32,000 nucleotides of DNA. Source: Formosa sp. Hel1_33_131 (GTDB taxonomy: Bacteria > Bacteroidota > Bacteroidia > Flavobacteriales > Flavobacteriaceae). The position numbers and the translations under genes were made by a program. The stretch spans positions 2,370,001 to 2,402,000 of the forward strand of contig NZ_CP017260.1 of assembly GCF_001735745.1 (NCBI RefSeq), given 5' to 3'. Each line of letters begins with the position of its first letter. Position 1 is the stretch's first letter. Under the pieces are notes generated by a model. It ran no database searches. It saw nothing but the letters and a program-made list of their open reading frames with translations, and had not been told where the DNA came from. Below are positions 1 to 5,207 of the stretch, in pieces.

Positions 1-291
1 ATTTGTATAGGCTACATCAACAGGTCTTAGTCTTATTTTGTTTTGATAATCTATAAGTGAAAATTTGTTGGGGTCAAAAGATCTTTTCTTATTATCAATC
101 ATCTCGATTCTAACTTTAATGTTGTATTGAACTATTTTTTTTGACTTTGTTCTAACATTAGTCACCGCTATTAATTGACTCGCTTTTTTAGTTTTTTCAT
201 ACTCAATAGTCAGGTTGTCCTCTTGAATTTTAATTTGAGAATAAAATACTTGAGTGAATAGGAATGCTAGTATTATTAATCTTGTTTTCAT
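1..291 (-). CDS. hypothetical exported protein, 5' part only (runs off the left edge)
   Basis: Absent from the ORF track because there is no stop codon inside the window. The minus-strand ATG (plus-strand cat at 289-291) opens MKTRLIILAFLFTQVFYSQIKIQEDNLTIEYEKTKKASQLIAVTNVRTK... The N-terminus is hydrophobic and signal-peptide-like. The frame stays open for all 97 codons down to position 1. Confidence 0.5.
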   Translation of the reverse strand, partial: MKTRLIILAFLFTQVFYSQIKIQEDNLTIEYEKTKKASQLIAVTNVRTKSKKIVQYNIKVRIEMIDNKKRSFDPNKFSLIDYQNKIRLRPVDVAYTN

Positions 292-312
292 ATTAATTTA
301 TTTTTTTTCTAT

Positions 313-350
313 TGCTGGGGCACGAGCAAAAGATGCTCGCGCTAGCGGGG
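313..350 (+). repeat. solitary REP-like hairpin repeat, variant copy
   Basis: tgctggggcacgagcaaaagatgctcgcgctagcgggg. It has the same CGAGCA/TGCTCG stem and CGCTAGCG palindrome as the four REPs that flank the RAYT genes. It differs in a 5-nt loop (AAAGA instead of AGA) and one extra G. It lies 13 nt downstream of the stop codon of the 364..1185 gene. Confidence 0.8.
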
Positions 351-363
351 TTACTCAACGTTT

Positions 364-1185
364 TTATTTGTATTCAATTTGTCTTTCCCAAACATATCCT
401 AATTCTCCTTTGGAAAACCTTTTCTTAGTAATCCAATTGTCATTCTTATCATAACTGTACTCCCAATTATTCCAATGTTTTTGTTTTCCATCCTTATCGT
501 ACCAATATTGTGTTAGGATATTATTTCGTTCATTATATGTAGAAATAAATTTTGTGTAATCACCATTTGGTCTTGTTAATTCAGATTCAATTTCATTACC
601 TTTTGTGTCATATCTATAAGTTCTTATGCCTTTTATTATTCCATCTGATTTGAAATCAGTTTCTTTAATCTTTTGGTTTTTGGAATTATATTCGTTAGTT
701 GTTTTAAAGGTTCGATTTGACTTAACACTCGATTTAGTCAATGCTATTTGATTTCCTTTAGTGTCGTATTCATTCTTTTGTAAAAAAATTAATTCATTAT
801 CAGAATTGTATGTTTTGTACTCAATAATTTTTCCATTTTCATCAAATTCAGTTGTTGTAAGTTTTTTTAGATTGCCATCTTTGTCAAAAGTGATACTTTT
901 TATAAGTTTTCCTTCTTTGTTTTTTGTGAGTTTTGTTTTTTCATAAATTGTATCATCATTTTCAAAACGCCAATATTCTATCAAATCTCCTTGTACATTA
1001 TAAATTTCCTTTCTGTTAACTTTTTGGTTTAAGGCTTTTTTACGGGTTAATTCTCCACTTCGTTTTGAACTGTATGAAGCTTCAGTAATTGTTTTAAATG
1101 TATTTGTATTTTCTTTTTTAATATTCTTTGTCGAAGAGCAAGAAAGGATTAATCCAAAAACTAATAGGTTGAGTATTATTTTCAT
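364..1185 (-). CDS. lipoprotein with YD-like beta-hairpin repeats
   Basis: 273-aa ORF. The N-terminus MKIILNLLVFGLILSCSS has a lipobox-like Cys. The body has a recurring motif: FDKDGNLKK, FDENGKIIEY, YDTKGNQIA, YRYDTKGNEIE, WYDKDGKQKH. No family assignment is possible without a database search. Confidence 0.75.
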   Translation of the reverse strand: MKIILNLLVFGLILSCSSTKNIKKENTNTFKTITEASYSSKRSGELTRKKALNQKVNRKEIYNVQGDLIEYWRFENDDTIYEKTKLTKNKEGKLIKSITFDKDGNLKKLTTTEFDENGKIIEYKTYNSDNELIFLQKNEYDTKGNQIALTKSSVKSNRTFKTTNEYNSKNQKIKETDFKSDGIIKGIRTYRYDTKGNEIESELTRPNGDYTKFISTYNERNNILTQYWYDKDGKQKHWNNWEYSYDKNDNWITKKRFSKGELGYVWERQIEYK

Positions 1186-1195
1186 AATGTTGGGT

Positions 1196-1247
1196 AACTA
1201 GTTATATCAAAACAAAAGGATGTGTTAACGGTTCTATATTTCGGATC
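1196..1247 (-). repeat. 73-nt intergenic repeat family, truncated copy a
   Basis: aactagttatatcaaaacaaaaggatgtgttaacggttctatatttcggatc aligns to the first ~52 nt of the copies at 3616..3688 and 4583..4655. The alignment stops exactly where the left REP of RAYT unit 1 begins. Confidence 0.7.
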
Positions 1248-1248
1248 G

Positions 1249-1277
1249 CCGCTAGCGCGAGCATCTTGCTCGTGCCC
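1249..1277 (-). repeat. REP hairpin (3' flank of RAYT copy 1)
   Basis: ccgctagcgcgagcatcttgctcgtgccc is the reverse complement of GGGCACGAGCAAGATGCTCGCGCTAGCGG. Confidence 0.85.
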
Positions 1278-1305
1278 TTAAACAAACTAAAGTTAGTATT
1301 TCTTC

Positions 1306-1847
1306 TCATATATCAATTTCTAAAACTGTTTGGTCTTCTTGATAATTTCTTGCACTACTATACTTCCAGTCTATTGGATCGGTAACAAAACCGCTTTCAA
1401 CAGGGTTGTTATGAATATAATCTATTTTTTGTTGTATTACTTTTTCACTCCATAATTCTATTGGTTTATTGTGTTGCTGCCAAAATTGACGTTGGTTAAC
1501 ATTGCTTTTCTTTTTACCTGCTCGTTCCATCATCCAGAATAACCACTCTTTTCTACTTTCTTGTGGATTTTCTTCTATTGATTTTATTAGTTTTCTTGCT
1601 GTAAAACCTTTAAAATCTCTTATTAATCCTGATGGATCTTCATTACTTGACCTAAATATTAAATGCACATGACTTGGCATAAAACAATAAGCAAATACTT
1701 CCATACCTTTTTCTTCTCTGCAATAATCTATACTTTCTTCTAATACATTAAAATATACTTGACGAGTAAAAATATCTAACCAATACACGGTAGCAAAACT
1801 TATAAAATAGGCTGCTGATTCGTTATGAAATTGTATTTTCTGCTCAT
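1306..1847 (-). pseudogene. REP-associated tyrosine transposase (RAYT, IS200/IS605-type Y1 HUH), frameshifted
   Basis: The protein from 1306..1788 is identical to residues 21-180 of the intact copy. The original ATG at 1847 now reads MSRKYNFITNQQPIL then stop, because the coding-strand run AAA is AA here (plus-strand ttt at 3341-3343 versus tt at 1831-1832). Confidence 0.8.
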
Positions 1848-1878
1848 AATATTATTTTTCTATCTTCTTTCTCTTGCT

Positions 1879-1909
1879 GGGCACGAGCAAGATGCTCGCG
1901 CTAGCGGGG
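1879..1909 (+). repeat. REP hairpin (5' flank of RAYT copy 1)
   Basis: gggcacgagcaagatgctcgcgctagcgggg. It contains a 6-bp stem CGAGCA/TGCTCG with loop AGA, followed by the 8-bp palindrome CGCTAGCG. Confidence 0.85.
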
Positions 1910-1923
1910 ATTGGCATCATTTT

Positions 1924-2755
1924 TTATTTTTTCAGCTCTATTATTTGTTGTTTCGCATATTCTTTTGCTCTATCATCTCCAAATTCAACAGTCTTTTCGT
2001 AATATTCGATTGCTTTTTTCTTGTCTCCTTTTAATTTATAACCTTGAGCAATATTTGAAAGAACAATATAATCTTTCGGATTAATTTTCTCAGCCCGTAA
2101 AAGTGGTTCAATTCCTTTGTCATATTCTCCCGTCAATAAATAAGTAATTGATAGATTTGATAAACTCTCAATATGATTTGGATAGAATTTCAGAACTGTG
2201 TTTGCAATTTCACGCATATTTTTGAGCAAGTTGTCATTTTCAGTATTGTATAATTGCAATTGATATGTTTGAATATCTAAAAGAAATTCTTTTTCTCCGC
2301 CATCATATTTTTCGTTGTTAGTCCAAGTCCAATTATTTCCAATTTTTGTGGAATATTCTATTGTTTTTTTAATTTCGGAAGTGAAATTTTTCCAATCAGA
2401 GACTTCTCCTAAAACATAGATTTTTCCAAATCGCATATCAAGTCTATTTGGATAAAGTTTAATTCCTTCGTTAATTTTACTTATTCCTTTTTCTAATTCT
2501 TTTTGGTCAAAATGTATTTTACTTCCTAAAAAACCTGCTGTTTGATTTAAACTATCTTTTAAAACAAGACTTTCTCCATTTGGTTCATTTGTCGACATAG
2601 CAAGAACTTCTTGCTTAGATTTCATAAAATGATAATTGAAATAACTCGTGTAAAGTTCAGCATCTTTTGGATTAGCCGAATTCCATTCAGTCAAAATTTT
2701 TAATTGATTAATAGTGTCATTAGTTTGACAATATTTTTGAAAGTCAGATTGATAG
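1924..2755 (-). pseudogene. C-terminal fragment of a TPR-repeat protein interrupted by RAYT unit 2
   Basis: The ORF-track entry 1924..2694 starts at a TTG, with no signal peptide. The frame stays open for a further 20 codons upstream (DYQSDFQKYCQTNDTINQLKI) and runs straight into the REP at 2756. The C-terminus is TPR-like (NLSITYLLTGEYDKGIEPLLRAEKINPKDYIVLSNIAQGYKLKGDKKKAIEYYEKTVE). Confidence 0.6.
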
Positions 2756-2758
2756 TCG

Positions 2759-2787
2759 CCGCTAGCGCGAGCATCTTGCTCGTGCCC
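2759..2787 (-). repeat. REP hairpin (3' flank of RAYT copy 2)
   Basis: Identical to 1249..1277. Confidence 0.85.
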
Positions 2788-2815
2788 TTAAACAAACTAA
2801 AGTTAGTATTTCTTC

Positions 2816-3358
2816 TCATATATCAATTTCTAAAACTGTTTGGTCTTCTTGATAATTTCTTGCACTACTATACTTCCAGTCTATTGGATCGGTAACAAAA
2901 CCGCTTTCAACAGGGTTGTTATGAATATAATCTATTTTTTGTTGTATTACTTTTTCACTCCATAATTCTATTGGTTTATTGTGTTGCTGCCAAAATTGAC
3001 GTTGGTTAACATTGCTTTTCTTTTTACCTGCTCGTTCCATCATCCAGAATAACCACTCTTTTCTACTTTCTTGTGGATTTTCTTCTATTGATTTTATTAG
3101 TTTTCTTGCTGTAAAACCTTTAAAATCTCTTATTAATCCTGATGGATCTTCATTACTTGACCTAAATATTAAATGCACATGACTTGGCATAAAACAATAA
3201 GCAAATACTTCCATACCTTTTTCTTCTCTGCAATAATCTATACTTTCTTCTAATACATTAAAATATACTTGACGAGTAAAAATATCTAACCAATACACGG
3301 TAGCAAAACTTATAAAATAGGCTGCTGATTCGTTATGAAATTTGTATTTTCTGCTCAT
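2816..3358 (-). CDS. REP-associated tyrosine transposase (RAYT; Y1 HUH transposase, IS200/IS605 superfamily)
   Basis: 180 aa. HUH motif in CFMPSHVHLIF. Candidate catalytic Tyr region DWKYSSARNY near the C-terminus. The size and the inverted-REP flanks match the REP/RAYT architecture. Confidence 0.9.
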   Translation of the reverse strand: MSRKYKFHNESAAYFISFATVYWLDIFTRQVYFNVLEESIDYCREEKGMEVFAYCFMPSHVHLIFRSSNEDPSGLIRDFKGFTARKLIKSIEENPQESRKEWLFWMMERAGKKKSNVNQRQFWQQHNKPIELWSEKVIQQKIDYIHNNPVESGFVTDPIDWKYSSARNYQEDQTVLEIDI

Positions 3359-3389
3359 AATATTATTTTTCTATCTTCTTTCTCTTGCT

Positions 3390-3420
3390 GGGCACGAGCA
3401 AGATGCTCGCGCTAGCGGGG
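3390..3420 (+). repeat. REP hairpin (5' flank of RAYT copy 2)
   Basis: Identical to 1879..1909. Confidence 0.85.
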
Positions 3421-3581
3421 GAATTAATTTTATTTTGCTCCAGAATTTGATTGTAGACTATGTTTAATTCGTTTTCTGATATATTGTAATTTATTTTTTC
3501 TTTTTCACTCATTTCTTGCTGAGTTTGAGAGTAGATATGTTGAGAAAAAATTAAGATTATTATCAATGTGATTTTTTTCAT
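3421..3581 (-). pseudogene. N-terminal (signal peptide) fragment of the gene interrupted by RAYT unit 2
   Basis: The ATG at 3581 gives MKKITLIIILIFSQHIYSQTQQEMSEKEKINYNISENELNIVYNQILEQNKIN. The frame then reads into the REP (SPASASILLVP...), so it has no genuine C-terminus. The ORF-track start at 3671 lies inside the 73-nt repeat and is not credible. Confidence 0.55.
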
Positions 3582-3615
3582 TTCGTTTTTGTTAGGATTT
3601 TGTTCAGCTTGTTGC

Positions 3616-3688
3616 CAACTAGTTATATCCAAATAAAATTTTGTGTTAACGGTTCTATATTCCGGGATCACATACCGTTTTGTTTGTC
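3616..3688 (-). repeat. 73-nt intergenic repeat family, copy b
   Basis: caactagttatatccaaataaaattttgtgttaacggttctatattccgggatcacataccgttttgtttgtc differs from copy c at about 6 of 73 positions. It lies 5 nt after the stop of the CoiA-like gene and 34 nt before the ATG at 3581. Confidence 0.85.
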
Positions 3689-3693
3689 ATTAT

Positions 3694-4548
3694 TTATTTT
3701 CCCTTCCACCATTTTTTCATATTATCTTTAAATATCAAACATTTAGGAACAGTCTTATCTTCATTTTCAGGTGTAAACTCCTCTCTTTCGTAACTAATAA
3801 AGTCTTTAAGGTCAATTTTCTTACCATAATTAGGTTTGAATATCGTTTTATATGTTTTATCAAAGCCTCCTTCAGTTCGTTCAGTTCCATCTTCCTCAAA
3901 CCAATGTGACTCCTCAATCCATCTGTCTGCATTGTCAAAATGTACAGGACTGACTTTTGAGCCATTCCCTTTTATCCAATAGTAAACTTTACCATAATAC
4001 ATTGAATGTAAATATTTTTCATATAATCTTGGTCTGAAATTTTCAGTACCCAAATCCTCTTTCAAAGGAACTATCCATAAAATGCTAACCTTCCGAGCGT
4101 AATATCCATTTACACGTTTAAGAATTTTTGGTAGTGTTAATGAACTTGCTTGGACTTCAATAACAATAGGTTTTCCATTTATTCTTCCGCTAATGTCTGG
4201 TGTTAATTTCTTTATGTCTTTTTCCTTATTTTCGGGTATTAATCTTTCAACTTTCCAATTCCCATCTGGAAATTCTTTTTTTAGTTCTTCACAAATTTCA
4301 GTTTTGCATTCAAAATGTAATTTCGATTCTCCACCACCATAAACAGAACTTAATCTTCCTTTATAAGCGAAATGGTCTCTTTTGTCAACACATTTTCTAA
4401 CTATCAATTCTTCAAATGTGTCTGGACAATAAAATGGTCCGTCTGATTTTTTTGCTTCATTGGCGTGAATAGGTTTATTAGTCGCACATATTTTCGCCCA
4501 ATCTTTAATTGGATGATAATTCTCTGGTTCATAAAATTCATTATCCAT
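3694..4548 (-). CDS. CoiA-like PD-(D/E)xK nuclease-domain protein
   Basis: I place the start at the ATG at 4548 (MDNEFYEPENY...). The track's upstream 30 aa are a translation of the 73-nt repeat. CoiA-like landmarks: FYCPDTFEELIVRKCVDKRDHFAYK; ESKLHFECKTEI (an H..K motif); LTPDISGRINGKPIVIEVQASSLT (a D...E-V-Q-x-S nuclease core). Confidence 0.7.
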   Translation of the reverse strand: MDNEFYEPENYHPIKDWAKICATNKPIHANEAKKSDGPFYCPDTFEELIVRKCVDKRDHFAYKGRLSSVYGGGESKLHFECKTEICEELKKEFPDGNWKVERLIPENKEKDIKKLTPDISGRINGKPIVIEVQASSLTLPKILKRVNGYYARKVSILWIVPLKEDLGTENFRPRLYEKYLHSMYYGKVYYWIKGNGSKVSPVHFDNADRWIEESHWFEEDGTERTEGGFDKTYKTIFKPNYGKKIDLKDFISYEREEFTPENEDKTVPKCLIFKDNMKKWWKGK

Positions 4549-4582
4549 TTTTAGTACTTTCTTTCGTTTTTCTAATACACCA

Positions 4583-4655
4583 CAACTAGTTATATCCAAA
4601 CAAAATCTTATGTTAACGGTTCTATATTTCGGGATCACACACCGTTTTGTTTGTC
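4583..4655 (-). repeat. 73-nt intergenic repeat family, copy c
   Basis: caactagttatatccaaacaaaatcttatgttaacggttctatatttcgggatcacacaccgttttgtttgtc. Internal inverted repeats are CAAACAAAA/TTTTGTTTG and AACGGT/ACCGTT. It ends 34 nt before the ATG at 4548. Confidence 0.85.
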
Positions 4656-4937
4656 TTTATTTTATTTTTGTAATGCCAAACCCTATCACCGCACGAAATC
4701 GAAGATTAGACGATGTCAAATCTATCGTGTGGTGAAACCCCATATCGGAACGGTTCCAACATACATGTAATCCAATAAAATAATATCTTAAGCTTCGGTT
4801 AAATTGCTTACAAAGATTTAGACTTTGGGGTCATCATCAATACTCAAATTTACACTAATTTTTTAAATGACAAAAAAACGCATCGATTTTAATAGATAAA
4901 TCTGAAATTTTATGTTGTAAAACTATTTTTCTTATAG

Positions 4938-4945
4938 TATATTTG
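4938..4945 (+). promoter_or_regulatory. Bacteroidota-type -7 promoter box (TAnnTTTG)
   Basis: TATATTTG, 25 nt upstream of the ATG at 4970. Confidence 0.4.
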
Positions 4946-4969
4946 CAGTGTAAAACAAAAGTATATACC

Positions 4970-5146
4970 ATGTTCGATTTTGATCAGTATTTAGGATTTT
5001 TAGCATTTTTATCCATATTAACCTTAGGATTTTGGTTAATGATTTTCTTATTAACCTTTGCCATTCCTTATTGGTTGGTTGGTTCTGCTTTGGAACACTT
5101 CAAAGAAAAGAGAGACGCTAAAAAAGCAAAAGCGGAAGAAGCTTAA
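4970..5146 (+). CDS. small membrane protein (58 aa)
   Basis: MFDFDQYLGFLAFLSILTLGFWLMIFLLTFAIPYWLVGSALEHFKEKRDAKKAKAEEA has two hydrophobic segments and a basic tail. I prefer the ATG at 4970 to the track's TTG at 4943, which overlaps the promoter box. A strong hairpin terminator follows. Confidence 0.5.
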   Translation: MFDFDQYLGFLAFLSILTLGFWLMIFLLTFAIPYWLVGSALEHFKEKRDAKKAKAEEA

Positions 5147-5170
5147 GTAAGCTTTCCTTTATATAAATCA

Positions 5171-5203
5171 AAATCCAAAACATTGCTGTTTTGGATTTTT
5201 TTG
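5171..5203. terminator. bidirectional intrinsic terminator
   Basis: Perfect 12-bp stem aaatccaaaaca / tgttttggattt (5171-5182 / 5187-5198) with loop ttgc, followed by a T-run. It sits between the convergent small ORF (+) and the receptor gene (-). Confidence 0.7.
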
Positions 5204-5207
5204 TTTG

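Larger units (their letters stand above)
1246..1909 (-). mobile_element. REP-RAYT-REP unit, copy 1 (664 bp)
   Basis: Identical to 2756..3420 by direct comparison, except for one missing T at 1831-1832. Bounded by inverted REPs at 1249..1277 and 1879..1909. The flanking sequence shows no direct target duplication. Confidence 0.85.
2756..3420 (-). mobile_element. REP-RAYT-REP unit, copy 2 (665 bp, intact)
   Basis: Inverted REPs at 2759..2787 and 3390..3420 flank an intact 180-aa RAYT ORF. The flanks (gattgatag | ... | gaattaat) show no target-site duplication, which fits an HUH single-strand transposition mechanism. Confidence 0.9.

Noticed and set aside
254-454. Short plus-strand ORFs 254..454, 1825..2034 and 2704..2895 containing AGARAKDARASG / AGHEQDARASG / AASASILLVP
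   Set aside because: Their only recurring peptide is a read-through of the REP hairpin. They overlap better-supported minus-strand genes.
313-3420. Five copies of a ~31-bp palindromic repeat, considered as a possible CRISPR array
   Set aside because: The copies alternate in orientation and their spacing is irregular (about 0.6-0.9 kb). Two of the intervening segments are the identical RAYT gene. This is REP/RAYT architecture, not repeat-spacer structure.
3582-3671. N-terminal extensions MIPEYRTVNTKFYLDITSWQ... (3363..3671) and MIPKYRTVNIRFCLDITSCG... (3694..4638), which look like a conserved protein N-terminus
   Set aside because: They are translations of the 73-nt DNA repeat, and the similarity lies at the nucleotide level. 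Credible ATG starts with proper N-termini lie 30 codons downstream, at 3581 and 4548.
4943-4969. TTG start at 4943 for the small membrane ORF (MQCKTKVYT...)
   Set aside because: It overlaps the TATATTTG promoter box at 4938-4945. The ATG at 4970 gives a sensible leader length.
4656-4969. Integron integrase/attI or a tRNA attachment site at the boundary of the cassette-like island
   Set aside because: No ORF of 60 aa or more is present, no tyrosine-recombinase motifs appear on either strand, and I could find no tRNA-like cloverleaf. Only the hairpin block is reported, as a low-interest finding.
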